From an uncultured Verrucomicrobiae bacterium (GTDB lineage Bacteria; Verrucomicrobiota; Verrucomicrobiia; Chthoniobacterales; JAFAMB01), in assembly GCA_963813025.1 (NCBI GenBank), contig CAWEXO010000008.1, forward strand, positions 192,001 through 256,000: a stretch of DNA of 64,000 nt, read 5' to 3'. Within the stretch, counting starts at the first letter, position 1, and every line of letters starts with the position of its first letter. Below, piece after piece: positions 1 through 10,483 of this stretch. The notes under the pieces were generated by a model. The model saw only the letters and a list, made by a program, of their open reading frames with translations. It did no database searches and was not told the origin of the DNA. The position numbers and the translations under genes are program-made.

Positions 1-1
1 A

Positions 2-409
2 GAACAATTTGATCCTGAACGCTATCGCAGCGTGCCGACCAGTGCCGAGATTGACGAAGAGAAATGTAAGCAGATCGGCCTTGCCCGTTGCCCATTCGAT
101 ATCACCACGCTTGCGGTCAAAGATGGACGAAAGGTCGAGGTAACCAATAGCGGCTTCGGGACGGTGTTCGGGGTCGCGGATGGTAAGCCGAAGCCGGTGT
201 GCGATTATGCTGGCTTTGCGCCGTTTGGTTTCAGCTATCGCCGTTGTCCCGGTGAACAGTTGACGATCCAGGTATTCGAGGATTTCCTTCGTAAGGTTGC
301 GCGTGACAAGATCGTTTTCCGTACGCTCGATTTGGCCAACCCAGGACGGGTGCCTATCGGGCCGAGCACGGTGATCGATGATAATATCGGATTCAACAAA
401 CCTTCCTGA
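2..409 (+). CDS. Cytochrome P450, C-terminal part (runs off the left edge)
   Basis: Frame open from base 2: EQFDPERY (PERF motif), then FAPFGFSYRRCPGE (heme-ligating Cys motif with Ser in place of the usual Gly). Confidence 0.8.
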   Translation, partial: EQFDPERYRSVPTSAEIDEEKCKQIGLARCPFDITTLAVKDGRKVEVTNSGFGTVFGVADGKPKPVCDYAGFAPFGFSYRRCPGEQLTIQVFEDFLRKVARDKIVFRTLDLANPGRVPIGPSTVIDDNIGFNKPS

Positions 410-612
410 ACAGGAAGTGGGAGGGACCCGTGAATCGGTGCCTTTAGACTAAGCGCTTTTCGTACTGGCTCCGCTTTGCTCCTTAACCCGAGCAGGCACC
501 GACAAAGAAAGTGCCCCGCCTCGAAGACCTCGGACGCGGTGGCACGCAGATTCTGGCTGGCAAACAAGGGAACAGAAGACGCGATCTAAATTACTGGAAA
601 ACATAGTCGACT

Positions 613-867
613 GTGATGAAACTAACACTTTCCGCACTCTGCGCGCTCGCGGTTATCATCGATAACTGCGGCTGCGCCACACAGGGCGATCGGCCTGTCG
701 CCTCCGCCGGCTCTTCGGCTCCCGCCGTGGTGACAATTGATTTTGTTGACCCAGGGAGATTTTCTGACTTTCGTGTCAACAATCGCGACTTCCAAAGTCG
801 TCCACCGTTTTTTACCCGGAACGTAACCAACCCGCTCCAACCGGTAATCGGATCAACTTACTTTTAA
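613..867 (+). pseudogene. Truncated DUF3016-like exported protein
   Basis: Signal-like N-terminus and VTIDFVDPGRFSDFRV resemble the DUF3016 N-terminus; the ORF stops after 84 aa. Confidence 0.45.
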
Positions 868-1135
868 TTAAACTTTCCTGCGTTTGGGGGAACTAGTGAA
901 GGCGATAGGTCAATTCTCGGATGGGACGCCATCCATGGCTCAAGATACGACCGCCGGCCGCGACATCGAAAACACCCATGGAAGCAATCCACGAATATTG
1001 CGACCGTACGGTTCGGGGGTCAAAAGGAGACGGTCACACAACGATCGTATCACCAGCCAGTAAGGCTGGGAGTACCCTTCCCAATAAAATCGTGGGCCAC
1101 TTAATATTAAATCGTTCCAGCTAACCGGGACGGCT

Positions 1136-2500
1136 TCACACGTAGAGATCAATCGGTCCGGAGCTGTCTTCCATTAGGTCTTCCTTGGTGTCGGCGAGTA
1201 TAATTTCGTAGGCGGCTCGCACTCCGGAGAGGAAGGCACCGTGGACCGTGGACGGGAAGTATTGGGAGGTCGCTTCGCCGGCGAAGAAGATCCGGCTTTC
1301 GACGGGCATGCCGATCTGGCGGCGCAAGCTTTGTTTGGACCCGACAGGGACATAGGAATAGGAGCCGAGGGTGTAGGGATCCTGGTTCCAACGTGTGACC
1401 AGATATCCGCTCGGCTCGGGGATCTCTTTCCCATACATTTTCCGCAGGGATACCATCAGGGCAGCCACGACTTCGCTGTCGCTGCCGAGTTCGTTTTTCT
1501 CGCCGGCCGCTCCTGCGCTGAAAGCCAGCAACACGGGCCAACCGGCGATTTTGTGGAAATTGACGATTTCGGGCCAGTCACAATCAGAGCTTCCCATATA
1601 GCCGATCAACTCGTAGTCCTTGTCCCAGAAAACCTCGGCGAATTTGAGGAAGATTTTGTTGAAAACGCCCATCCTGGCTTCGCGGATGGCCTCTCGTTTG
1701 CTAGCGGGCAGACTCGGGTTAAAAGCGATGCGCCCGGCCTGTAGGACGCCAAGGGGCACCGTGACGAGTACGTGATGAGCATGGTAGCTGCCCTGGTTGG
1801 TCAGAACGTCGACGAGTGCGCCCGAGTAATCGATTTGCTTCACTTCGTGCTCAAGGAGAATTTGGGAGTCCGAAGCCAGCTTGTCGGTAAGCTGGCTGTA
1901 GCCTTGCGGAAAAACCCGATCGTGTCCCGCGAAGTTGAGAGCCTTGTCGTGTTCGAGTAGGGACACCTCGGATCGTGGACCGGCCCATTCGTGCTCGAGA
2001 TAGGTGCGGGCGATGAAGTTTAACCATCGGCGCTGCTCGGGATTGAAGTTCTGGGTGACAGCAAATTCCTCCTCCACGGCCAGGAGGGACATCTCCCGGC
2101 CTTCCTTCTGTTTGAGGGCAATGAAGTCGAGATAGTCGGCCATCATTTCGGAGATCTCGACGGTCTCCTGTCTGCCGAGGCGGCGGCCGTCCTCGTCATA
2201 CAAGGCGACCGATCGGTAACGGGCGGGGGAAACGCTCGAGATATCCGTGCGGAGAATTTCAATCCCGTGCCGTTTCGCCAACCGCGAGATGGGGTTGTCC
2301 TCGAAGCCGTGAATCCACGAGGCTCCCAGGTCGGCCGGCACGCCCAAATCGCGCGAGGTCCAAATGCGGCCGCCGATCCGGTTGCGAGCTTCGAGCACTA
2401 GGACATCGTATCCATCGATGCTGAGATCCCGCGCGGCAGCCAACCCGGCGATTCCGGCCCCGACGACAATGACTTCGACTTTCTGTCGTGTTGTACCCAT
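1136..2500 (-). CDS. Flavin monoamine/polyamine oxidase family protein
   Basis: GAGIAGLAAA dinucleotide-binding motif, LEARNRIGGRI, DLGASWIHG, GSYSY, FAGEAT...TVHGAFLSG. Start moved to MGTTRQK (2500). Confidence 0.92.
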   Translation of the reverse strand: MGTTRQKVEVIVVGAGIAGLAAARDLSIDGYDVLVLEARNRIGGRIWTSRDLGVPADLGASWIHGFEDNPISRLAKRHGIEILRTDISSVSPARYRSVALYDEDGRRLGRQETVEISEMMADYLDFIALKQKEGREMSLLAVEEEFAVTQNFNPEQRRWLNFIARTYLEHEWAGPRSEVSLLEHDKALNFAGHDRVFPQGYSQLTDKLASDSQILLEHEVKQIDYSGALVDVLTNQGSYHAHHVLVTVPLGVLQAGRIAFNPSLPASKREAIREARMGVFNKIFLKFAEVFWDKDYELIGYMGSSDCDWPEIVNFHKIAGWPVLLAFSAGAAGEKNELGSDSEVVAALMVSLRKMYGKEIPEPSGYLVTRWNQDPYTLGSYSYVPVGSKQSLRRQIGMPVESRIFFAGEATSQYFPSTVHGAFLSGVRAAYEIILADTKEDLMEDSSGPIDLYV

Positions 2501-2815
2501 GGAGAAGGATTTTTCCGTACTCCATGACAGTCTGGTCCGCCGGTGATTGTCGATTGTTTTCATCTTCGCCGACCGATGAGAGAGTACCACCGCCGACGAT
2601 CCCGTCATGCTTAGGGTCACGACCAGAGTCTCCAAACCCTTGGTGCGGTGATTCTGAAACTGGTCAGCTAACACCTGAACCGAACGACCAAAAGATCAGC
2701 GGTAAAAAGGCTTGCGATTGCTCGATCAATCTCCTTCCCGAGCTTCGCGGTCATTTTTGCGATGTCGTCGGCCATCTACAGCCGCTGCCGGATTCCTTTG
2801 CGAACGATTCCGAAC

Positions 2816-3067
2816 ATGAATCCAAATCAGCAGGACGAGAAGAAAGAAGAGCACGCAGAGCCCGGCCGACAGGGGGCGTCCCAAAAAAGCCCCGGAGAAG
2901 AGCTGGCGGAGCTTTTGACCGCCCGGCCAGCGACTTATTCTAAGAAGGAGAAACCGCGAACCGCCGAGAAGGAACAAATGCTCGCTCCCCAGGAAGAGTA
3001 CGTCGAGGATCAATCCCGATCCGCCGCGCACCAGAAGAGAAAGCGAGATCGCAAACGCAGTGCATGA
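2816..3067 (+). CDS. Small charged hypothetical protein
   Basis: 83-aa hydrophilic ORF from ATG 2816, co-oriented with the next gene; no motif recognised. Confidence 0.4.
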   Translation: MNPNQQDEKKEEHAEPGRQGASQKSPGEELAELLTARPATYSKKEKPRTAEKEQMLAPQEEYVEDQSRSAAHQKRKRDRKRSA

Positions 3068-3144
3068 GGTGCAACGTGTAAATATGCCCCAAGAAGACCG
3101 TGGTGAAAGTCGAGGCGGCGAGGTCATCCCCAGGTAGAAAGCCT

Positions 3145-4092
3145 ATGCCGGACGGTACATTCCCGCCTAATCTTAGCGATGAGATTGGTCAGCGGTGGTG
3201 GGCCGCCGCTCGATCGGGTGACCTGGAAACGGCGTGGCAGCAAAGCGACCGATTGCTGGACGCACGGCAGTCATGGTCGGATTTGCCTCGTTGTTTTCGA
3301 CCGCTATGGGATGGCACGTCGATCGACAAACGCGCGGTGCTCGTGCGCTGCTGGCGCGGGTTAGGCGACGCTATCCACTACGCCCGGTACATCTCGCTGC
3401 TCCGTGTTCGAGCCGCGTCAGTTTTTCTGGAAGTTCCCCCGGAGCTTCTCTCGGTTTTTGCCTGTCTTCCCCTGGATGGAATTTTCCCGCTCGACTCTCT
3501 ACCCGAGCTGCCGTCCGACATCGTAGAGATCGAATCGACCGAATTGCCATACGTTTTTCGAACCACACTGAAAACCGTTCCGGCTGACGTGCCGTACCTG
3601 CAGATCCCTTTGTCGGGCGTCCCTTCTGTTCCGGCGGAGGGCCTGAACGCTGGACTGTGCTGGGCCGGAGGAACCTACGATCCGCGCCGGGCGGTCCCGG
3701 CAGCGGAGTTGGCTCCCCTCTTCAACGCTCGAGGCGTGAACTGGTTTCAATTGCAAAGGGGCTGGCCGATCAACGGATTTCTTCCATTCAGGAACCCTGA
3801 ACAACAATCGATGGACCTTTTACCGACAGCCGCTTTGATCAACCAGCTCGACGTAGTTATTACCGTCGACACAATGGTGGCACACCTGGCGGGTGCCTTG
3901 GCGAAACCAGTCTGGACCCTGCTGCACGCCGACTCCGATTGGCGTTGGTTCCGAGACCGGCCCGATTCACCCTGGTATCCAACGATGCAGCTGTTTCGCC
4001 AAGCCAAAGCGAACGAATGGCGTCCTGTCGTCCAAACAGTGGCAGAGAAACTCTATCGCCGCGCAGCACACCCGCTCGTTCGATCCCTCTGA
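3145..4092 (+). CDS. GT9 / ADP-heptose:LPS heptosyltransferase-like glycosyltransferase
   Basis: LWDG, RGLGDAIHYARY, LDVVITVDTMVAHLAGALAKP, DWRW...SPWYPTMQLFRQ. Confidence 0.8.
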   Translation: MPDGTFPPNLSDEIGQRWWAAARSGDLETAWQQSDRLLDARQSWSDLPRCFRPLWDGTSIDKRAVLVRCWRGLGDAIHYARYISLLRVRAASVFLEVPPELLSVFACLPLDGIFPLDSLPELPSDIVEIESTELPYVFRTTLKTVPADVPYLQIPLSGVPSVPAEGLNAGLCWAGGTYDPRRAVPAAELAPLFNARGVNWFQLQRGWPINGFLPFRNPEQQSMDLLPTAALINQLDVVITVDTMVAHLAGALAKPVWTLLHADSDWRWFRDRPDSPWYPTMQLFRQAKANEWRPVVQTVAEKLYRRAAHPLVRSL

Positions 4093-4174
4093 AGCGGAGA
4101 CATCGATTGGCGCCACTAAGCCCGTTGGTAAAATCTCACGCCGCTTCGAAATGCAGATTCGATGATCCAATACG

Positions 4175-4726
4175 TCAGGCACTACTTTCTGAATCCCGGG
4201 TCTCCTGCCCGATTCGATCCAGCACCTTTTCCGGACGAATATCCTGCTTCAGCTCATCAAGCTCGGGTGAAGTGCTGGCATTCACTCCGATCTTCTCGCC
4301 AATTTGCGACACCAACTGGATGAGCTTGGTGACTTCGTGTTCGGAAAGTAAGCTGACCTGCAAATCCAGGTCAGCGCGCCTTTCGCTTATCAGGCTCATC
4401 CGGTTTTGGGAGATAAGGATAAAGGTTGAGAGGAAAATTGCTTCGACCGAGGCGGACGTACCCAGAATCACAAACGTCGAATCAAATCGAGGCAATGGCA
4501 GCCAGCCGATATTGATAATCGTCCAAAGAGCGAAAATAACGGCATGGATGTAGACAAAGGGCATGCTGCCGGCAAAGCGAGTAATCGCGTCAGCGGCCTT
4601 TTGCTCTAAGCTGGATCCCTGCTCTTCCTGACGCCGTTTTTCGAGCAGCTTTTTAATATTTCGCACCAACACTTCGTTCATCCCGGATTCGGAAGTCGGT
4701 GAACCGTTATCTTGGATGGTCTTCAC
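4175..4726 (-). CDS. DUF1003 family membrane protein
   Basis: ADAITRFAGSMPFVYIH, SVEAIFLSTFILISQNR, DLDLQVSLLSEHE. Confidence 0.88.
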   Translation of the reverse strand: MKTIQDNGSPTSESGMNEVLVRNIKKLLEKRRQEEQGSSLEQKAADAITRFAGSMPFVYIHAVIFALWTIINIGWLPLPRFDSTFVILGTSASVEAIFLSTFILISQNRMSLISERRADLDLQVSLLSEHEVTKLIQLVSQIGEKIGVNASTSPELDELKQDIRPEKVLDRIGQETRDSESSA

Positions 4727-4837
4727 TTAGCTTATGCTTCGCAAGCAACGTAGGAACCGGACGGGTTCTCAAGGCAACGGCTGTCTCGGGCGCCCGAGAT
4801 TTACGGTGTTCTAAAGCAGAGTCAAAACGACCTTTGT

Positions 4838-5944
4838 TCAGCCGGCACTCTGTGGAGCGAGTTTTTGCACTTCCGGCGTATCGCCCCCCAGCCAATCCGG
4901 GTGCCTGGCTGTTGTATCGAAATGGGAAGTGGTTTTGAAAAGTTCGTATTTGCCAGCGGCTCCGCTGGCCTTGGTTTCAGCTAATAGGGAAGCCACTTCG
5001 TCTTCGTCCATGGGACGAAAACTCTTCGCTGCCTGAAAAGCCTGATCGAGCACCGCCTGTTTGTCGATCCCGGTGATAACGACCGACGTCGGCAAATTTA
5101 GCGAATAATGCAGGCACTTGATCGGGTCCAGCGCTCCACTTTTCAAAATAACGCCATCGGCGCCTCCGAAAGTTTTCATGCCGAGAACTCCAACGCCTTC
5201 CTGAACCGCTTGAGGCACGACAAGATGAGCAAAGCTGCGGAAATGCGCATCCATGACGTTCAGTGGCATCTGAACCGTATCAAAATGAAAGCCATGCCGG
5301 GCGGCGACAGCCAGCATGTAAAGATGGATTCTCGGATCCTTATGCCCAGTAAACCCAATAAACCGCACTTTTCCGGCTTTCTTGGCTGCCAGAAATGCTC
5401 CCATCGCGCCGTCCTCCGCAAAAATTCGGTCCGGATCGTCGAACCGCAGAATCTCATGGTGCTGAAGAAGATCGACACGATCGGTCTTTAAACGTTCGAG
5501 CGAGGTTTCAATCTGGCGGGTAGCATTATCTTTCGTCCGCCCATCAATCTTCGTCATGAGGAAGACCTTGTCACGGTAGCCGCTTTCGGAGAGCGCTTTA
5601 CCCATCCGGAGCTCGCTTTGCCCCTCATTATAATCCCAGGAGTTGTCCATGAAGGTGATCCCGCGATCAATCGCTTCGTGAATCAATCGGATCGATTCGG
5701 ACTCAGGCACAGCGGGCTTGCCGATGTGTGAGCCGCCCAAGCCAATCGCGGAAACCCGTTCACCGGTCTTTCCCAAAATCCGGTAAAGCATCTCGCCCCG
5801 TAATTCTCCAGGGTCCGTTACCCGGGGCAGCCTGGTCGGATTTGACTGGTTTTCGTTTTCTTCCGCCGCGTTGGAGCGAAGCACGCCAGTGGATCCGGCC
5901 AACCCAAGTGCGGAAGCTATTTTGATAAAGTCGCGTCTATCCAT
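4838..5944 (-). CDS. Aldo/keto reductase with twin-arginine signal
   Basis: MDRRDFIK Tat motif; VSAIGLGG, FMDNSWDY, IGFTGH, GMK. Confidence 0.9.
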   Translation of the reverse strand: MDRRDFIKIASALGLAGSTGVLRSNAAEENENQSNPTRLPRVTDPGELRGEMLYRILGKTGERVSAIGLGGSHIGKPAVPESESIRLIHEAIDRGITFMDNSWDYNEGQSELRMGKALSESGYRDKVFLMTKIDGRTKDNATRQIETSLERLKTDRVDLLQHHEILRFDDPDRIFAEDGAMGAFLAAKKAGKVRFIGFTGHKDPRIHLYMLAVAARHGFHFDTVQMPLNVMDAHFRSFAHLVVPQAVQEGVGVLGMKTFGGADGVILKSGALDPIKCLHYSLNLPTSVVITGIDKQAVLDQAFQAAKSFRPMDEDEVASLLAETKASGAAGKYELFKTTSHFDTTARHPDWLGGDTPEVQKLAPQSAG

Positions 5945-6253
5945 GACTTATTGTCCTTTATGACCAACAGGATCGCGCCGCGCCGGTGAAACGGACTTCT
6001 CGGTTCTGCCAGCTTTGCCCGGTCGCTTGCCAACCTTTGCGAAGGAAGGCGTGCCACTCAATGGCCAGCGACGACTCTACCATGTCACGGGGAAATTTAC
6101 GAGTCACCGGAGGTCAGATGCCTAGGTCGCGCCGGCCCATTTTCGACGCAAGGATGGCACCCGCATATGAGAGACGGTGCACTAGCACGAGACAATCTTC
6201 GGCGCGGTCAGTCGATGCACGCTATAGTCGGGGCAACCGCGAACAGAGTGATT

Positions 6254-7426
6254 ATGAAAGCTCTTTGCTGGTACGGAAAAGAGGATGTTCGGGTCGAAAC
6301 AGTGGAGGATCCGAAAATCGCACACCCGACCGACGCAATCGTAAGAATCACCGCGACTGCCATCTGTGGATCTGATCTCCATCTCTACGACGGGTTAATG
6401 CCCACGATGGAAAAAGGCGACATCCTTGGCCACGAACCGATGGGTGAGGTCGTCGAGGTCGGCGCGGAAGTAAAAAAAATCAAGGTGGGCGACCGCGTGG
6501 TTGTTCCATTCACGATCTCCTGCGGGTCCTGCTGGTACTGTAAGCGCGGTCTCTTTTCGCTTTGCGACAATAGCAACCCAAATGCGGAGATGGCCAAAAA
6601 GGCGATGGGTCAGTCTCCCGCCGGTCTATTCGGTTATTCCCATATGCTGGGCGGGTACCCGGGTGGGCAAGCCGAATATCTGCGCGTGCCTTTTGCGGAC
6701 GTCGGTCCCCTCAAAATTCCGGACGGATTGAGTGATGAACAGGTTCTTTTTTTATCCGACATTTTTCCGACGGGATATATGGCGGCCGAGAACGCCCAGA
6801 TTGAACCAGGCGATACCGTTGCGGTGTGGGGATGCGGACCGGTTGCCCAGTTCGCGATCAAAAGCGCCTGGATGTTCGGAGCGGGCCGGGTGATTGCCAT
6901 TGATCGAGTACCGGAACGGTTGCAGATGGCTTCAGAACAGGGCAAAGCGGAAATAATCAATTTCGAAAACGAAAATGTCCAGGAGCGTTTGATGGAAATG
7001 ACGTCGGGACGGGGACCGGATCGTTGTATTGATGCGGTTGGCGCCGAAGCACACAGCAGTTCTGGGTTATCGGCAGTCGTCGACAAGGCGAAAGAGGTGG
7101 TTGCTCTTGGAGCCGACCGTCCGCATGCGCTTCGCGAAGCGATCCTGAGCTGCCGCAAAGGCGGCACGGTTTCAGTGCCGGGCGTGTATGTCGGTTTTCC
7201 CAGTCACCTGCCATTTGGCGCGGCCATGAACAAGGGATTGACCATCAAGATGGGCCAAACACACGTCCAGAGGTACACTGAACCCCTGCTGCAGAAGATC
7301 GTGTCCGGTGAGATCGATCCTTCTTTCGTTATCACCCACCGGGTCGAGCTCGAGGCCGCTCCAAAAATGTACAAAACATTTCGCGACAAGGAGGATGGCT
7401 GCATCAAGGTCGTACTGAAACCCTGA
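6254..7426 (+). CDS. Zinc-dependent alcohol/formaldehyde dehydrogenase (YbdR-like MDR family)
   Basis: ICGSDLH, GHE, CGSCWYC...C structural Zn site, [15 protein letters not shown]. Confidence 0.92.
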   Translation: MKALCWYGKEDVRVETVEDPKIAHPTDAIVRITATAICGSDLHLYDGLMPTMEKGDILGHEPMGEVVEVGAEVKKIKVGDRVVVPFTISCGSCWYCKRGLFSLCDNSNPNAEMAKKAMGQSPAGLFGYSHMLGGYPGGQAEYLRVPFADVGPLKIPDGLSDEQVLFLSDIFPTGYMAAENAQIEPGDTVAVWGCGPVAQFAIKSAWMFGAGRVIAIDRVPERLQMASEQGKAEIINFENENVQERLMEMTSGRGPDRCIDAVGAEAHSSSGLSAVVDKAKEVVALGADRPHALREAILSCRKGGTVSVPGVYVGFPSHLPFGAAMNKGLTIKMGQTHVQRYTEPLLQKIVSGEIDPSFVITHRVELEAAPKMYKTFRDKEDGCIKVVLKP

Positions 7427-7427
7427 T

Positions 7428-7590
7428 CTACTTGATGGCCGTCACGTTGATGGCCGATTTGGCCAATTGCGTCAGCTTCTTGTCTGTTTCTTCTTCCTCA
7501 CGCGAGGTCTGTTGGAGCAGCAGGGCGCCTTCTGTGTCCCCGAGCAATTCCGCGTACGTGCGGGCGCTTCCGTATCCGGCCATCTCGGTT
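7428..7590 (-). pseudogene. C-terminal remnant of a ferritin-like YciE/YciF (DUF892) gene
   Basis: EMAGYGSARTYAELLG...LLQQTSREEEETDKKLTQLA matches the DUF892 C-terminus; the N-terminal two-thirds are absent. Confidence 0.7.
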
Positions 7591-8059
7591 CTTTCGGCAA
7601 ATGAGATTTGTGGAAGCTTGTAAATGGAATTAAACAAATTCACTCTGTTCCGCGGATGAGGACAGAATGACCGCAGGGACTGATACTCCGGTAGACTTCC
7701 TGGCTCGCCGCGAGCAATAGCCAGCCTCGACAGCGAGCGTTTTTTGGCTTGGAACAAGAGTGGACCAACTCAAAGAGGTGTGCGATTCGCTGACGAAGCT
7801 GACTGATTACCAGCGTCCGGCCGGCTAGGAAGCTGATCGGATCCCGGTCCCGCGTTGCGATTCCCAGATCCCGGGGCCTCGGTCGACCTCCAGTCTTCCA
7901 GGATTTCGCTGCGTTTGCTCGCTCATACAACAGATCGACGTCGCACCCTGAGCCGGATGTACTTTGTCCCATCCCATTTCTTCGGAAGAAAGCTGGTTTG
8001 AACGTTGCAAGTCGCATTCCGCTCCATATAGATTAGTTTACGCATGCCAAGCCTCTTTT

Positions 8060-8659
8060 ATGGACGAGGAGAACGATTCGAAAGTCATTTGTTCGGTACT
8101 CGATCAGTTTTGCGTTCCGGCGGCTTTGGTCGACCAGACTGAGAACTGCTTTCTCGCCTACAACCAAAGTTTTCAGGATGCGGTGGATCCCGAAGGTCGT
8201 CTTCTAAAGACCAAGCTGCCCAACGATTTGATCACTCTTCTGAAACCCGGCACCCCCAAGGACATTACCGAGGCCGTCCATCCCTCCCGGTCTCAGGCGT
8301 GCCGGGTTGGAACGACCGATCCGACCCAAGTTCGCACCGGACAATGCTTTCTGCGGGAAGACAACAAGTCCTTGCTGATTCTGGATACTCCGGATGAAGA
8401 GGATGGCCAAAAAGAGCGCGCCACCGGCAAACTCATCGGCCGGCTGATGGAGAAGGCGCGAGTCCGACGACTTTTTCATGATGCGATCAGCCCGGAAATT
8501 CTGGGCGCCGCTTTCGTGGCGGAAGCGCTCACCTGCCGCTTAGACTCCACGGGTAACGCTCGGGCGATCGAAGTGAAGGCTCTCTCCCGGCAACTCAGCG
8601 AGCTCATCGCCAATCTGCATTCGGCAATCAACGAAGATGACGCCTCGACCAAGCGATAA
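8060..8659 (+). CDS. PAS-like + HisKA_3-type DHp protein lacking an ATPase domain
   Basis: EKARVRRLFHDAISPEILGAAF resembles the HisKA_3 H-box. The protein ends after a second helix and overlaps the regulator start. Confidence 0.55.
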   Translation: MDEENDSKVICSVLDQFCVPAALVDQTENCFLAYNQSFQDAVDPEGRLLKTKLPNDLITLLKPGTPKDITEAVHPSRSQACRVGTTDPTQVRTGQCFLREDNKSLLILDTPDEEDGQKERATGKLIGRLMEKARVRRLFHDAISPEILGAAFVAEALTCRLDSTGNARAIEVKALSRQLSELIANLHSAINEDDASTKR

Positions 8660-9332
8660 GGCGGCTGCCCGGACTGAGGCTACAACCCGCATCCTGGTTG
8701 TTGATGATCATCCCGTGGTGATTCGCGGTCTCGAAGACTTAATCTCGAAGGAGCCGGATTTGGTGGTATGCGGTTATGCGGATTCAGCCCCCCTCGCTCT
8801 GGAACGACTTCGCTCTTTGCATCCGGACCTGGCGATCGTCGATATCACCTTACGGGGCACCAGCGGGATCGAACTGGTGAAACTGATGAAAGCCGAGAGA
8901 CCCAAACTTCCGATCTTGGTACTCTCGATGCACGACGAATCGTTATATGCTCTCCGGGCCCTCAAAGCCGGAGCGCTCGGCTACCTGATGAAGGCCGAGG
9001 CTGTTCAGCACGTCATCTCCGGTATTCGCCGCGTGTTGGAAGGGCGAATTTTCGTTAGCCCGCGCTTCAGCGAACAGCTGATCTACAAAGCGGTCCAGTC
9101 GATCGAGTCGGGATCAAGCTCTCCGATCGACGCGTTGTCGGACCGCGAACTGGAAGTTCTTGAACTTCTCGGAAAGGCGCATAATACCCGCTCAATCGCA
9201 AAGATGCTGAACCTGAGCGTCAAAACCATCGAGACGCACCGCGCCCATATCAAGGAGAAGCTCGGTTTTAAGGACGCGACCGAAATGGTCCGTTTCGCGA
9301 TTGACTGGGTTGCCCAGCAGGATCTCAACTGA
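8637..9332 (+). CDS. NarL/FixJ family response regulator (REC + LuxR HTH)
   Basis: ILVVDDH, IVD, LSMH, GYLMK, LSDRELEVL...SVKTIETHRAHIKEKL. Confidence 0.95.
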   Translation: MTPRPSDKAAARTEATTRILVVDDHPVVIRGLEDLISKEPDLVVCGYADSAPLALERLRSLHPDLAIVDITLRGTSGIELVKLMKAERPKLPILVLSMHDESLYALRALKAGALGYLMKAEAVQHVISGIRRVLEGRIFVSPRFSEQLIYKAVQSIESGSSSPIDALSDRELEVLELLGKAHNTRSIAKMLNLSVKTIETHRAHIKEKLGFKDATEMVRFAIDWVAQQDLN

Positions 9333-9433
9333 ACTCGGATCGTGCGTCCGGCCGCGAGTTCGTCTGTAACGAGCGCCTCGGAATATTCTTGGGCTCTGTG
9401 CTGGTTGGACGATCCGCCTTGCCGGACGAGTGT

Positions 9434-9594
9434 CAGCGAGAACTTGTTTGACGTGTCCGCCATAGCCTCGGCGAAGGCGGAGCGTTTTGGAGGTGTGGCA
9501 CATCCCTTATGTTCGGCTCAAACGAGTCCTCGCTAAGGCTTCTCCTCCGCTAAAGCTTCGGCGAAGACGTCGGATAAATTTTCGCCCTACCGGA
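9434..9594. repeat. REP-like palindrome family B, degenerate copy with two 30-nt insertions
   Basis: Shares GCGAGAACTTGTTTGA / CGGCTCAAACGAGT.CTCGC / AATTTTCGCCCTACC with the copies at 59331 and 62195; lies between convergent genes. Confidence 0.8.
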
Positions 9595-9612
9595 GCAGGG
9601 CCGAGGCCAAGG

Positions 9613-10200
9613 CTAGATCTTATCCTGCACCGGTGCCAACTGGTGCAGCAGCTTTTTTTGGGCCAGCTGCAGGCGGGTCTTCACGGTACCCAGCGCAATC
9701 GACTTTTGAGCCGCAATTTCGCGCTGGCTCATTCCCTGAAAGAACGTGAGATGCACCACTTCTTGCTGCGGAACTGGCAACTGCCGGATCATCCCCTTCA
9801 AAAGATCCGACAGATCGGTATAGACCGGTTCTTTTTCGGGAGTTCGCAGCCCGTCCCGAAAACCTGCCTTGACCTCCGATTCAAAACGATCGGTCACCCG
9901 CCGGTAGGCGAGTCGTCTCCGCAATCGATCCAGTGCGCGCCGCCGAGCCATGGTCGCGAGGAAACCATGCAGACCTTTCTCCGGTTGGAACCGATGGGCG
10001 TTGTCCCAGAGTTGCAGAAAAACGTCAAGAAGCACGTCATCCGCGTCGCTTTCTTCGTGCAGAACGCTCAGGATTACCGTGCGCAGCGTAGACTCATACC
10101 GGCGATAGATTTCCTCCATCGCCACAGGATCCTTCTGGACCAATGCATCCATGAGTTCTACATCCGATTTGGTTGCCGCGGGCTCAGTAGTTGTATCCAT
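9613..10200 (-). CDS. ECF-type RNA polymerase sigma-70 factor
   Basis: Region 2 (ADDVLLDVFLQLW...MARRRALDRLRR) and region 4 (GMSQREIA...LGTVKTRL). Confidence 0.93.
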   Translation of the reverse strand: MDTTTEPAATKSDVELMDALVQKDPVAMEEIYRRYESTLRTVILSVLHEESDADDVLLDVFLQLWDNAHRFQPEKGLHGFLATMARRRALDRLRRRLAYRRVTDRFESEVKAGFRDGLRTPEKEPVYTDLSDLLKGMIRQLPVPQQEVVHLTFFQGMSQREIAAQKSIALGTVKTRLQLAQKKLLHQLAPVQDKI

Positions 10201-10340
10201 GGGTCGGTCTGGTGGCGTTAGATTGAAAAAAACCTACCCGACAGCCCGGGACACGGAAATCGGGGAAGCCCATGGTGCACGCCTAAGGCGATGGGGAAAG
10301 CATCTCTCAGGTATTTGCGGGGGACCGGCTCAGCAAGAAG

Positions 10341-10433
10341 ACTAACTGACTAATGACCGATGAATAACTTACGAATGAGTAGGCCTAGTGAGCTATCGGC
10401 CATCTTTCATCGGTCATCGCTCATCGAACATCG
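10341..10433. repeat. Short heptamer tandem repeats forming an inverted pair
   Basis: ACTAATG-ACCGATG-AA faces TCATCGG-TCATCGC-TCATCGA; TGACCGATGAA (10354-10364) is the reverse complement of TTCATCGGTCA (10406-10416). Confidence 0.55.
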
Positions 10434-10483
10434 CCGCCAGACAACCGAGGGGAAGACCGCGCGCGAACTGAGCTAAGTCGAAA

